Shown: piece after piece, positions 25,520 through 38,892 of the stretch
Numbering within the stretch: position 1 is the stretch's first letter
Layout: the number at the start of each line of letters is the position of its first letter
Source: Mobula hypostoma
Lineage: Eukaryota
Length of the DNA stretch: 64,000 nucleotides
NCBI RefSeq assembly: GCF_963921235.1
Contig: NC_086097.1
Span: forward strand, 136,526,001 to 136,590,000
Direction: 5' to 3'
Notes under the pieces: generated by a model
Told to the model about the DNA's origin: nothing
Databases searched by the model: none
Seen by the model: the letters and a program-made list of their open reading frames with translations, nothing else
Position numbers and translations under genes: made by a program

Positions 25520-26615
25520 CGGAATTCAGAGGGATGTTGATCAGCTGGGTAATTGCGCTGTGGAATGGCCAAATGGAGTTTGATCCTGATAAGTCTGAGG
25601 CGTTGCATTTTGGGAAGACAAATCAGGGCTTTCAGTATGAATGCAAGGTGAGTGGTGTAGAACAGGGGACCTAGCAGTGCGAGTACACGGCTGCCTAACA
25701 GTGGTGTTGCAGTTAGACAGGGTGGTGGAGAAGGCCTTTGGCACGCTGGGTCACATCAGTCAGGGTGCTGTCAGGCTGTAGTTGCACAAGATGTTGGTGA
25801 GGCCATATTTGTAATATTATGTTCAATTTTGGGCACTCTGCGACTGGAATGGATGAAGAGGAGATTTATGACGATGTTGCTGGGACTTCATGGACGGAGC
25901 TCTGGAGACAGGTTGGGACTTCATTAATTTTGCCTATAATACAATGAGAGGTGAGGTTATTGAGATGTCTTATGAGCGAACCATATCGGATTGATTGGAG
26001 AATGTGGTAAGTGTGCATGTGGCTCGTTGCTCACACAGTGAATCGATTGGGCCTCCTACGTGCGGGAGGTACTCTGCTTTTGCACAGGCTTTCAAGTTTT
26101 GGACTCAACAGGCTTGATTCGTAGCAGCCATTATGTAAGCTGCCCAGTGTATACCGTTTCTAACATCACTCAGTAAAATGTTTAATCACACTACTACATT
26201 GACGTTCCTGCTTTGTGCGTATGGATAGATGGTCATTTTCCTAGTGTTGGGGAATCAAGAACTAGAGGGAGTAAGTTTAAGGTGAGAAGGGAAAGATCTA
26301 CTGTGAGCCTGAAGGGCAGCTTTTTCAACCTTAGTGGCCAATAGTTGAAGTTTGCTACCTTGATGAAGTGGTTAGGGCAGGCATATTAACAGCATTAGAA
26401 AGGTACTGGGACAGGTAAGGTCTAGAGCAGGGGTTCCCAACCTGGGGTCTACAGACCCCTCAGTTAATTGTAGCAGTCCATGGCACACAAAGTTTGGGAG
26501 CTCCTGGTTTAGATGGATATGGGGTAAAGATGAGGAAATGAGACTAGCTTGGATGCGACCAAAGCCTTGGTTGCCCTGGAACTGAAGGGTTTGTTTCCAT
26601 GCTGTGTGACACTAT
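25520..26615 (+). mobile_element. Old CR1 LINE 3' region, interrupted
   Basis: Decayed aaatggagtttgatcctgataagtctgaggcgttgcattttggg (MEF..KCEVLHFG), gttggtgaggccatat and aagaactagagg motifs. Confidence 0.6.
26428..26506. mobile_element. Tiny hAT (Charlie-type) MITE
   Basis: TIRs caggggttcccaa / ttgggagctcctg; flanking 8-mers gtctagag / gtttagat match at 6 of 8 positions. Confidence 0.65.
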
Positions 26616-27789
26616 GACCTGGAGCAGATCCAGCTGGAACCTTTGACAGAAAATTGGACAAACACTTGGGAAAACGGTGATTTCGAGGTCTGTAGGGCAA
26701 GAGCTGGCATTGCTGTGATGGGCCAAATGGCTGCTCGTGGTATAAGATGCTATGTGGAAGTTGTGAAGTCCTTGGTCAAAGGCTTGAGTGTTGCCAGCAA
26801 GGTTCTCAGCAGCTTCAGTCCAAGAGCCATGTAAGGATGCAGAATCAATGGAATGTTGATCAGCAGTGTCTCGGTGAAAATCAGTAAGGACATGGATTAG
26901 GGTGAGGAAGCACACATGGAAACCTGTTGCCATCCACCTGTCAGTGTGAGGGCAAGAGAGGAGGGCTTCAAGCTTTAGAAATTTGTTGACTAGGTCCTTG
27001 TCTCTGAGGGCACTCTTTAGTCGTAGAATTGTGGTACAGCAATGAAACAGGCCATTCAGCCCCTCATCTATGCTCACCGTAGTATCTGTCTTTGCTAATC
27101 CCATTAGCTTGCATCGGGCCCATGTTCCTCTACATCGGAGTATGGAGCCAAGGGTATTTCTGGTCCACTGAGGGTCTTGATGGACGTGGAGAAAGTACAG
27201 GGAAAAGAAACGCAGATTGATGCTTAATCTGATGTTTAAATCAGATTAACACCAGCGAAAGCAAAGTGAGACGGGGAAGAGCAGCGTGGATGTTGAAGGG
27301 AGCTCTGGGATGTGAATGGCAGTGGGTGGAGAACAGTCAGTCCTGGATGTGGATGAAGGAGCTCGAGGCCAAGGAGCGATTCAAGTCAGACAACACGGAA
27401 ACAGGCCCTTTGGCCTCACTCATCCGGGGTGGCCAAGATGCCTGTCTACCTGAATTCTGCTTTGTCTGTACTTGCACCAGTATCTCTCTATCCTTTCCTA
27501 CCCAGGTACTTGCCCAAATGCCTTTTCAAGCATTGCAATTGTACCTACCTCTATCACCACTTCTGGTAGCTTGTCCCTTATATCCCCACCCTTTGAATAG
27601 GAAAACAATTTCTTCCAAGGGTCTGCACCAAGACTTGAAACACCGGACTGCAAAGAGCCTCTCAGTGTCACTTGGCATGTGTTGAGGAGCTGAGGGGAAT
27701 TGATGAGTTAATTCCCAATCTCACCCTTTGGACAGTACCCTCCTCCAAAATGTGAGCCATAAAGTTGAAGGCACTTTTGTTACCCCAGT

Positions 27790-28745
27790 TTAGTTTAGTC
27801 AAGTTTATTATCATTTAATTATATGCTTATATACTGTTAAACAAGACAGCGTTCACCTAACCAGGGTGTAAAGCACAGTAGTATGCATAACACACAATTG
27901 ATGAAAGTAAGGGTAAAATCTACAGATGAATTGTGCATAAATAAATGAAGTAAGATGTATAGATATTGTCAGGTGCAGAACAGATTAACCGGTGATACTT
28001 CAGATGCAATGTGGCAGAGAGTTCAGAAGCCTAATGGCCTGAGGGAAGAAACTTTCTCACCCTGACCAGTCATGTTTTTATGCATCGGAGTTCCCTGCCT
28101 GATGGTAGAAGGTCAAAGGATGCTGGATGGATGGGTGGGATTCTGAATAATACTTAGGGCCCTGCCTACACAATGCTCCTGATAAATATCCCTGAATGAT
28201 ATAGGGAGACTCCTATGATCCTCTCAGCTGTTCTCAGTCCTTTTAAGGGACGTCAGGTTCGATGCTCAGCTGCTCCCATACCAGATGGCCATGCAACTTG
28301 TCAGGCCGTTCTCAATGGTACTCTTATAAAATGCAGTTAAGGGTGGAGGGGGTAGAGAAGCATCTCGCTTTCATCAATCTCCTTAGGAGATTAGCTTTCT
28401 GGGTGGTGGCATTAAGGGTCCAGGTGAGATCATCTGTGATGTGAACTCCCAGGAACTTGGTGCACTTAACTCTCTCTACAGAGGAGCCATGTACTCGCAG
28501 AGGGAGATGGTTCAGCTGCACCTTCCCGAAGGCCACAATGATTTCCTTCTCGACATTCAGGCTTGGGTTGTTCTTGCACCAATCCACCTGCCACTCTACT
28601 TCCTCTCTGTACTGTCTCCTCATCACTGTTGAGAAAGCCATCTGCTGTTGCCACACAAACTTGATGACACTGCTTGAGCTGAGTCCTGTGACGTAGTCAT
28701 GTGTCAGCAGTGTGAACAGCAGCAGGAGGAGCAAGCAGCTCTTGT
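27790..28745 (-). mobile_element. Rex1/Babar-type LINE 3' part
   Basis: Minus ORF LLFTLLTHDY..SVIKF..YREEVEW..WCKNNPSLNV..ERVKCTKFLGVHITDDLTWT. Confidence 0.85.
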
Positions 28746-28989
28746 CCACTTCAGAGGCCAGGGAAGTCTAGATCTAGACTTTGTAAGGATTACAGATTTC
28801 CTTCCCTGAAGAACATTGGTGAGGTGGAGGGCATTTAAGGTAGGTGTTTGTTTTAGATTGATTTAAAGAGGTTAAACCATGGTAGATGCAGTGGTGGGTT
28901 TGAATTGGTAGCTTCAGATAATTGGTCCAGTAACCTTGAACTTTGAAACCATTTCCTGTCCACGAACTGGGTTTATCTTGCCAACCTTC

Positions 28990-29863
28990 AGCTACGTCCA
29001 CACTAGACCGGATAAATCCATAACCGAAGCCTTTCCTCTTCGTTTTGACCCTCCATCCACACTGAAATGACGTTTTCCTCCCCCGAAAACAGAGCTTTTC
29101 CAAAACACTCTCCGGAGTGTTTAAATCTGAAAACGCCGGTTGGCTGTTGTAGTGTGTACGGGGTAACCGGCTAATTTTAAAACCGCTGTCATGACGTGCC
29201 GGAACTAATGGTGGCGGCAGCGTGGCATTTCATTGTTTTCTTGAACACAACCTCCAACACCACAACGACATCTGACAATAGATGTGTAACAGCCTAATGT
29301 AACATTGTATGGAAATACAAGGTAACACTGATGTAGACATGCTTTATACATTTAACAAGGTGCTTTATTAATGTATTGCTTGTACAAACATTCAATAGAT
29401 GTAATTGTTACTTTTGCCCAGTAACGCATTTTATTGCACATGTTAAATACAGCAAAATAATACACTAAGACATGGCAAAAGTAAAGGCAAACAAATGAGA
29501 TAACAGCAAATTTCACTTTTGCCCAGTAACAAGTCTTATTGCATTTAGTTGTAGTCATCCCTTTCATTGGTGAAGAGACTATGGCTGTAGGAAATGTTTC
29601 TGGACAAACGCGCACCGTCTTTCGTTTGGCAGTTTCCTTTTAAGTTTTTCTCATCTGTAACTGGACAAATGCACACCAAGTATAGTTTCCTCTTCTCTTG
29701 TTTTCTGTAGATGTGTCCTGCGCATGCCCAGTAGGAGGAGATTCGCCCAAATATCGGTTTTAATGTGGACGGAGGTATTTTCAAAAACGCCTGGTATGGA
29801 TGCCTATCGTTTTTACACGAAACCAGCGTTTTCAAAATAATCCGGTCTAGTGTGGATGTAGCC
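28990..29863. mobile_element. Non-autonomous DNA transposon (MITE), PIF/Harbinger-like
   Basis: 23-bp TIRs gctacgtccacactagaccggat (28991-29013) / atccggtctagtgtggatgtagc (29840-29862), one mismatch. CpG-rich interior. The 3-bp TSD is not clean. Confidence 0.75.
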
Positions 29864-31389
29864 CTAGATTCTCCCATAGAAAGGTGGATGATCTGGTGGG
29901 CATCTTGGCATTTCACTCACCCACACAGAAAGATTGGCCATTGTCCCTATTCCACATTGGACGAGTTTGTTGCCTTCATTTTTTTTTTCTGCACTCTGTT
30001 TAATGGTTTGAGAATTAATCTGCAAATTCCCTTGCAGATGGACTTGTGCATTAATTCTGTTTGCTGTAAGTTGTCCTCACACTTCTACTGTGACTCTCAT
30101 TCTCTGAGAGTGCAAAGACTCTGTGACATCTAGCCATGGTGTCAAAAAAAAAATCCTGTCGAGCTAAAAGATTTTGACTCTTTCCTGGACAGTAATTATG
30201 TAGAAGTACTTTAAATTGAAACTGGAGAATCATCAGTCAGTAAAGCTTCTTTCAAACCAAAGACTTAGTTTCTCTTATCTCTGCTCATATAAATCTAGCC
30301 TCTTGGGCATGTCCCACCTTATCATTGAGTGCTTAGGTCTGTGTAACAAATTGTTAATGTGCTGGTAGCTTTCCCTGTTAAGGCATTTCAGGGCATCTTA
30401 CATTTTGTGGACATGCCCATTTTTCTAAATGTCCCTCCCCACCTACCCCTCGCCTGGTTCTGGTAAAGGGTCCCACACCTGAAAAGGTAACTGTTTCTCT
30501 TTTTGTAAGTCGTCAGATTTGATTTGACTTCCATGGATGCTGCTGAGTTTTTCTTCAGTGTTGTCTGGTCTTAATGCCCAAAGGAATGTTATCAAACAAG
30601 TGAAAGTTGTACAGCAGGGAAACATGCCCTTTGGCCTGTCAGGTCTCTGCTACCCTTTTGAACCAATCCTATGCTAATCCTGTTTCATTCTCTCCACGTT
30701 CACTTCACCTCCCCCCAAATTCTACCACTGACTTGCACACCAGGGGCAATTTATAGTCAACAATTTATCTACCGACCCGTGTGTTTTGAGGTATGGAAAA
30801 AAAAACTGGAGCACAGGAAACATACAAATTCCACACATTCAGCACTTGGGTCACTGGAACTGTTGAGTGAACAGGTTTATTATCACTGACATAGAACATG
30901 TTTTGCAGTAGCAGTACTGTGTGAAGACATTTAAAAATCTATGAATTACAAATAATGGGGAAAAAAAGGCCAACTTAACACTTGGTCAAACAAGGTGGAC
31001 CCTTGAGTTGAAAGGGGAGATAACAGATTCAAGGAAGGAATCCCAAAACAAGACTTGAAGGCACCGTTGCTAATGTGTTGGAGCAGTGTTGGTAGTGGGG
31101 AACACTGATGGATGTTCCATCTGTATAACTGCAAGGTCTGGGTTGTCTGATGTCATGGTGCAACAGAATGCACAAACTTTGGCTCGGAAGCAGTTGACCC
31201 TCATTAAGCACTGAATTTTAGTATTGTTCATGGGTTGACATACAAGGTCTTTGTGAAATTTTGCTTGTGACATGCCCTAAGGCGAACTTGATTGTTTTAT
31301 TACAATATGTTCAGTTACTGGTCTGCCTTGGTGTTTTATCGCATATCTTCCAGAAATATTAAAATATATGTACTGTATTAATAGTTATC

Positions 31390-31546
31390 ACTTTATCTGA
31401 ACCAGATTTATTATCTGACTTGTATGACATGTATGCAGAAGCAGTACAGTGCAAAGATATAAAGTGACTTTATCTGAACCAGATTTATTATCTGACTTGT
31501 ATGACATGTATGCAGAAGCAGTACAGTGCAAAGATATAAAGTGACT
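31390..31546. repeat. Perfect tandem duplication, 77-bp unit x2
   Basis: actttatctgaaccagatttattatctgacttgtatgacatgtatgcagaagcagtacagtgcaaagatataaagtg starts at both 31390 and 31467. Confidence 0.95.
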
Positions 31547-32240
31547 ATAAATTACAGAGAGTGCAAAGAAAAGGAATAATGAAGTAGTTTTTTCAATGGA
31601 CTGCTCAGAAATCTGATGGGGAAGAAGCTGTTTTGTGAATTGTTGCCTGTGGGTCTTCAGGCTCCTGTACCCTCCTGCTGGATGGTAATAAGAAGAGCAC
31701 GTCGTGATTGGTGCCTCCTCCTTGAAAGAATGCCTTGAGAAATTGTTCTTGGTGGGGAGGGTTGTGCCCAAAAGAGCTGGCCAAATCTACAGCCTCTTGC
31801 GATTCTGTGTTGAGTATTTATGGAACTTTGTAAGAGTCTCTGACATACCAAATCTTTTCAAACTCCTAAAGAAGTAGAGCCGCTGCTGTCTTATTCATGA
31901 TTGCATCAATGTGTTGAGACCAGGACATTGATGCCCAGGACCACAAAGCTGCTCACGCTTCACTGCTGAATCTTCAATGAGAACTGTGTGTGTTCTTCCA
32001 ACTTCCTCTTCCTAATGTCTCCAATAAATTCCTCGGTATTGCTGACATTGAATGTGAGATTGTTGTTGCAACACCATTTAACTAGGTGCTCCATCTCACT
32101 TCTGCGTGCCTCTTCGTCATCATCGTGAGATTCTACTGACAACAGCGGAGTAATTGGCAAATTTATATGCATTTGAGCAGTGTTTAGTCACACAGTCATG
32201 AGTGTGGACGGAGTAGAGCAGTGAGCCTAGCATACGTTAT
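31547..32240 (-). mobile_element. Old Rex1/Babar-type LINE 3' part
   Basis: Minus ORF DEEARRSEMEHLVKWCCNNNLTFNVSNTEE and ..GYRSLKTH... Confidence 0.75.
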
Positions 32241-33109
32241 GTACCTCTTTAATATAATAATTGGAAGTTAATAAGGCACAAAACAAGCCTTTAGCCCAAT
32301 TGGTCCATGTCAGCCAAGATTCTTTTCTGAGGTAGTCCCATTTCGTTCAGATCCTACAAGATCTTTCCTATCCATGTACCTTCCATCCATCCAAGTGTCT
32401 TTTTAAATGTTATTCCATCTGCCTCAAGCATTTCTTCTAGCAGTGTTTCATTTACCAACCATCCCTTGCATGAAGTTGTTGCCCTTTAGGTCCCTTTTTA
32501 AACCCCTTTCCTCTCAACTTGAACTTATGCCCACTAGTTTTTGATTCTCTTTCCCTGGGAGACAGACTGTGTGCATCCAACCTGTTTTTGCTTTGCATTA
32601 TTTCACATCTACCTCTGTAAGATGCTCCTTGTTTTCTTGTAACCACCTCCAAACCTTGTGTAGCCAAACACTCTGCTGCTAGTCCATGAGTCTTCATGGG
32701 CTTTATCTCTCCTACAGAGGAGTGATCATCAGCTGGGAGTAGCTGAGCATGAGCAGTAAATGGCTTTGAGACAGGCAGTAATTATGTAGGGTGGGGAGCA
32801 CATTGGCCTCAACAGAATTCTCAGATTTGAAGTAGAAGCAAGTTGATGCCAAAGGACTGCCTAGAATGTTTGTATTATCTCGTAAGTAGAGGGGAGAGGT
32901 CATTTTAATCCAACTCCTGCCTCAGATCCCAGGGGCAGGGTGGAACTATTGGAGAGAAGTATTGGGAGGCTCATGTAGAACAGTAATCACTCCCAACAGC
33001 CTCTGTTTGAAAACCTCAGATGTTCTGCCATTTAGAAAGATTGAAATCATTGCTCATGGGTAAAACATTTGGACTGGTGATATGAGTTGACCTTCACACT
33101 GACTGCCTA

Positions 33110-34740
33110 TGCCATCTGTACAGCATAGCAACAGGCTCTTTAGTCCCCTGACTATACATTGTACTTGTCTATATTATTCCCATATACCTACATCTAGTAT
33201 ACGGGAATAATATAGACAAGTACAATGAGCTCAACCAGAAACTGAATGTTTATAAGTAGGGCATCAGAACGAGAGTAAGAGGGACGTCAGCAACTGTTGT
33301 GTACTCTGCTTCACAGAGACGTGGCTCACCGCCCAGCACACTAGACATCATCCACTATATGGACCATGTGGTAGCATCAGGTCAAGGCAGAGATGTTGGT
33401 GTTTGCTTCATGATTAACTAATTGTTCTGTTTCAGTCCTGCTTCCCCCAACCTAATCATATAGCAGTCAAGTGAAATCTTTTCTACCTGTCAAGGGAGTT
33501 ATCTACTGTCATTCTGGTACATTTCACCACTGGGCAATGTCAGACGCCCCCTCGAGGAGCCAAGCACCCTGATCAGCAGCCTCAAGGCAGTGTACCTGGA
33601 CAGTTTCCTGGTCATTACGAGGGACTTCAACCAGGGAGCTTGAAGAAGTCTCTGGCAAATGACCAGCAAGATGTTACCTACAGAACATGAGGAACCAACA
33701 CACTTGGTTATACCATTATCAAGACCACTTACCGGGCAGTTCCATGCTTGCACTTTAAGTCCGCTCCCCTGACTATACTTCTACACCTGGCATATAGGCA
33801 GAGACTGATGACTGAAGATAGCATCAGAGGAGTCTTTACAGGACTGCTTTGAATCAGTGGACTGGACCAGATTCAGGGGTTCATCTTCAGATCTGAACGA
33901 ATAAGCCACAGTCATCACTGACTTCATCAAGACCTGTATAGATGAGTGCGTGCCTTCAAGAGCATATTGAGTTTTCCCAAACGAGAGCACCTGGATGAAC
34001 CAGGAGATTCACATTCTGTTGAGGGCCTTATCTGTGGTATTCAAGATCTACGATGCAGAATCCTATAAAGTTGGCCAGGTAGAACCTACGGAAGTCCATT
34101 GAGAGCAAAAATGCAATTCCATGTGAAACTAGGGACACAACAGGATGCACAACTTCTATGGAAGGGTTTGCCTACCATTACTTCGTATAAGACATGAATA
34201 GCACTGATGTTTCATTCCCCAATGAGCCTTACATTCACCCTTTGAAAGGGAGAGTAACGCTACACTGTGTCAATCCCTACTGCGTCCAGCAACCTTGTGA
34301 TGTATGTCCTGGAGACCGATGTCATAGCATCCTCTGGGAGGGTGAAGCCTTCAAGATGTCAGACACAAATGATCTATGTGTCCAGGTACTGAAAATCTGT
34401 GGCAACCAACTGGCTGGAATTTTTTTTTTTTTTTTTTAAGGAAATCTTCAATCTCTCACTGCTGTAGTCTGAGATTCTCGCCTGTTTCAAAATGGCAGTA
34501 AAGATTACTGTGCCCAGGAAGAACAATGTGAGATGCCTCACGTCTATTGTAATGAAGCACTTCAAGAGGTTGGTTATTGCCTAGAATTCCTGTCTGAGCA
34601 AACACCCCAACCACTGCAGGTCTAAGAGGAGGTAAATAAGCTTCTAAACCTAGGCCTTGGTACCTCCTTCTGCCACTGGATCCTCATCAGGAGAGTCATT
34701 AGGGATTGGTAATGACATCTCCTCCTCCTACTCGGTCTCT
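33110..34740 (+). mobile_element. Degenerate Rex1/Babar-type LINE, endonuclease to early RT
   Basis: CVLCFTETWL at about 33298, GDFNQ at about 33620, and decayed LQDCFESVDW, FPN..WMN and LKICGNQLAGIF motifs. Confidence 0.75.
33157..33227. repeat. Inverted repeat: perfect 25-bp arms, 71-bp hairpin
   Basis: cattgtacttgtctatattattccc (33157-33181) / gggaataatatagacaagtacaatg (33203-33227); the spacer is also largely self-complementary. Confidence 0.95.
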
Positions 34741-34899
34741 AAGAAGCTGCAGTTCCTTTGGTACTGGTACCCCTCTCATATAGATGCTTGGCCTACTGCT
34801 GTACTCTCACGGGTTGCATTTGCACAAGAGGTTGATGTTGGTCAGGCAGCACAAAGTTTAAAAAGAGGGCTTTGGGAACTTTCCAATGGGCTAAAATCA

Positions 34900-37800
34900 T
34901 AACTATCTATTAGGCACTTGGCAGGGGCCAATAAAAAGACGAGAGGTGTAAGCAGAGCAGCTATTGTGTGAGTGCTCAGTGTTAGAGTGGTCAGGCTTTG
35001 GCTCAACAGGCTTGGGTAAGCACAGGCAGAGGTTCTAAGTAAGTTTTTTTTTCTCATAGTGTGCTAAGGATGGGCCCAGAGTTAGTGGTATGTTACTTAT
35101 TTGAGATGTGGGAACTTTGGAAGACCTTCAGTCTTCCTGATAAATGCATTGAGCTGCAGCTCCTTAGAAAACGTGTGAATGAACTGGAGCTGCCGATCTG
35201 TGACCTTTGGCTCATACGGGAAAATGACGGAGAAGCTACAGGAAGGTAGTTACCCCTAAGTTGCAGGAGGCAGGTAAATGTGTGACTGTCAGGGGTAGGA
35301 AAGGGAATAGACAGCCAGTGCAGAGAACCCCTGTGGCTGTTCCCCTCAATAATAATTCTACTGCTTTGGATACAACTGGGCAGATGACCTAGCAGAGGAA
35401 GTCACAGCCACCTGATCTCTAGCACTGAGTCTTTGTAGCTCAAGGGGGTGGGGGGGAGAAGAGTGTGGTAGTGATGGAGGATTCCATAACTGGAGGGGCA
35501 GACAGCAGATTCTGTGGATGTGTGTGAGAGAGAGAGAGACAACTGGATGGTATGTTGTCTCCCAGGTGCCAGGGTCTAGAATGTCTCTGATCAGGTCCAC
35601 TCATTTTGAAGGGGGAGGGTGAACAGCCAGAAGTTATGTACACACTGGTACCAGCATCATCGGTAAGAAAAAGGAGAAGGTTCTGAAGAGGGAATATAGG
35701 GCGTTGGGTAGAAGTTGAGTAGCAGAGATGCCAGGGTAGCAATCTCTGGATTGCTGTCTGTGCCACGTGCCAGTGAGGGTAAGAATAGGATGATCTGGCA
35801 GGTGAATGCCTGACTGAGGAATTGGTGCAGGTGTTAGGGTCTTGGATTCGTGGATCATGGGATCTCTTCTGGGGACAGGGCAGGTTGCGCTTGAATCAGA
35901 GTGGGATGAATATCTTTGTGGGGAGGTTTGCTAGACCCGTTGGGGAGGGTTTCAGCTACTTTGGAAGGAGGATGAGGACCAGAGTGACAAGGCTGAGGAT
36001 GGGGCGGTCAGTATAGAACTAGATGAGGTGTGTAGTGGAACTGTGAAGAAAGACAGGCCGCTGATAGGCAAAATTGCAGTCAGTGCGATGAGTTAAAGTT
36101 TAACGGGGGCAAAATCAAAAAGAGTGAATACAGGACTGAAGGTGTTATGTTTGAATATATGCAGTATATAGAATAAGGTAGATGATCTCGTAGTGCAGTT
36201 AAAGATTGGTAGGTATGTTGAGGGCATTACTGAGTTGTGGCTGAAAGAGGATCATAGTTGGGAGCTTAACATACAAGAATACACATTGTATTGAAAGGTG
36301 AGGCAGAGGGAGCGGGGTGGCTGTTTTTTTAAAATTGAAATCAAATCTTTAGAAAGAGGTCACATACTGTGAGATCGGAAGATATAGAATCTTTGTGGGT
36401 AGAATTAAGGAACTGCAAGAGTAAAAAGACCCTGATGGGAGTTGTTTACAGGCCTTTGAACAGTAGTCAGGATGTGGGCTACAAATTACAATGGGATGTA
36501 GGAAAGGCATTTAAAATGGATAAAAGTTGTGGTCGTCATGGGTGATTTCAATATGCAGGTAGATTGGGAATATCAGGATGTTGCTGGATCCCAAGAGAGA
36601 ATTTTTAGAATGCTGATGAGAGTTTCTAGAACAGCTTGTGGTTGAACCCACTAGGGGAATGGTAATTTGGGATTGGGTGTTATTTAATGACCCAGATTTG
36701 AACAGGGAACTTGAGGGAAAGGAACCATTAGGAGGCAGTGATCATAATGTGGTAAGATTCATCTTGCAGTTTGAGAGGGAGAAGCTAAAGTCAGATGAGG
36801 AGCAGGCCAAAATTGATTGTGAAGGGACCCTATTTGGGATCACAGCAACACCATAATGGCTGGAGTTCCTGGGAGCAATTCGGAAAGCACAGGAAAGATG
36901 TATCCCAAAGATTAAGTATTCCAAAGGGAGGATGAGGCATCTGTGGCTGACAAAAGTCAAAAGGGGGCATATAATATAGCAAAAATTATGGGGAAGGTAG
37001 AGGATTAGAAAGCTTTTAAAAACCAACAGATGACTAGAAAAGCCGTAGAGTAAAGGTGGAATTTGAAGGTAAGCTAGCTAAAAATATCTGAAAGTTTCTT
37101 TTTCAGATATATGAAGAGTAGAAAAGAGAAGAGTGGATATTGCACCACTGGAAAATCTCAGTGGAGAGGTAGTAATAGGAGACAAAGAAATGGCAGACAA
37201 TCTTAAGTAATTTGCATCAGTCTTCACCGTGGAAGACAGTAGCAGAATGTCAGAAGTGTGAGTATGCCAGAGGGCATAAGTGAGTGTTTCTATTTCAAAA
37301 GGAGAAGATACTAGAGAGCCTTAAGTTTAAGGGTAGATAATTCCCCTGGACCAGACGGCCTACACCCCAGAGCTCTGAAAGAAGTACTGAAGAAATTGTG
37401 AAAGCATTAGAAATGATCGTTTAAGAAAGACTAGATTCTGCAATGGTTCTGGAGGACTGGAAAATTGCATATGTCACTCCACTCTCAAAGGGAGGGAGGT
37501 AGAAGAAAGGAAATAATAGGGCAGTTAGCCTGACATCAGTGGTTGGAAAATGTTGGAGTCTATTATTAAGGATGAGGTTTCAGGGTACTTGGAGGCACAT
37601 GACAAAATAGGCCAAAGTCGGCCTGGTTTCCTTAAAAAGAAATCTTGCCTGGCAAATCTGTTGGAATCCTTTGGAGAAATAACAGCAGGATGGACAGTCA
37701 ATGGATGTTGTTTACTTGGATTTTCAGAAGGTCTTTGACAAGGTGCCATTCATAAGGCTGCTTAAAAAGAAAAGCCCATGGTATTACAGGAAAGGTACTA

Positions 37801-38890
37801 GCATGAATAGAAGATTGATTGACTGGCAAGAGGCAAAGTGGGATTAGAAGGGGCCTTGTCTGGTTGGCTACCAGTGACTAATGGTGTGCCGCAGATTTTA
37901 GTGTTGGTACTGCTTTTTGTATTTGTCTGTATGTGAAGGATTTGGATGAAGGAATTGATGGCTTCGTGGCCAGGTTTGCGGGTGAAGATAGGTGGAGGGG
38001 CAGGAAGTATTGAAAAAGCATGGTGACTGCAGAAGGACTTGACAGGTTGGGAGACTGAGTAAAGAAGTGGCAGACAGAATATAGTGTAGGGAAGTGTATG
38101 GTCATGTGTTTTGGCAGAACGAATAAAGATGTGGACTATTTTCTAAGTGGGGGGGGGAGTTTAGAAATCGGAAGCAAAGGGGCCTGGAAATCCTCATGCA
38201 GGGTTCATTAAAGGTGACTTGCAGGTTGAGTCAGTGGTAAGGAAGTAAATGCAACATTAACATTAATTTTGAGAGGACTAGAATCTAAAAGCAGGGATGT
38301 AATGCTGAGGCTTTATAAGGCAGTGGTCAGACCGCTCATGGAATATTGTGAGCAGTTTTGGGTTGCTTGTCTAAGTGAAGATGTGCTGGCATTGGAGTGT
38401 GTCGTGAGGAGGTTCACAAGAATGATCCCAGGAATGAAAGGGTTAACATGTGAGGAGCTTTTGTTGGTTCTGAACCAGTACTTGCTAGAATTTAGAAGAA
38501 TGAACAGGGATGTCATTGAAACCTATTGAATATTTAAAGGTCTAGATAGTGGATGTGGAGAGAGAGTTTCCTATAGTGGGCGAGTCTAGGACCAGGGGGC
38601 ATAGCCACAGAATGGAGGGACGTCCATTTAGCACAGGGAAGAGGAAAAATTTCTTTAGCCAGAAGGTGGTGAATTTTTGGAATTCATTGCCACAGATAGC
38701 TGTACAGGCCAAGTTATTGGGTATATTTAAATTGGAGGATGATAGGTTCTTGATTAATCAGGGCATCGACAGTTACAGGGAGAAGGCAGGAGAATGGGTT
38801 TGAGAGGGATAATAAATCAGCCCTGTTTGAATGGTGGAGTAGTAGAGTCAATGGGCCAAGTGGTGTAATTCTGTTTCTTTGTCTTGTGAT
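34900..38890 (+). mobile_element. Near full-length but degenerate CR1 LINE (ORF1 with esterase-like domain; ORF2 APE endonuclease and RT)
   Basis: ORF1 remnants C..FEMWE..ELQLLRKRVNELEL, CCLPGARV (35553) and VHTGT. ORF2 remnants LKVLCLN, VMGDFN, LGGSDHN, SPGPDGLHPR, MLESIIKD, VYLDFQK, LRLYKAVVRPLMEYC and NFFSQKVVNFWNSLP. CR1-type 3' UTR. Confidence 0.9.
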
Positions 38891-38892
38891 AT

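Noticed and set aside
26544..27104. 186-aa minus-strand ORF
   Set aside because: No recognisable domain; it spans repeat fragments and is probably a chance ORF.
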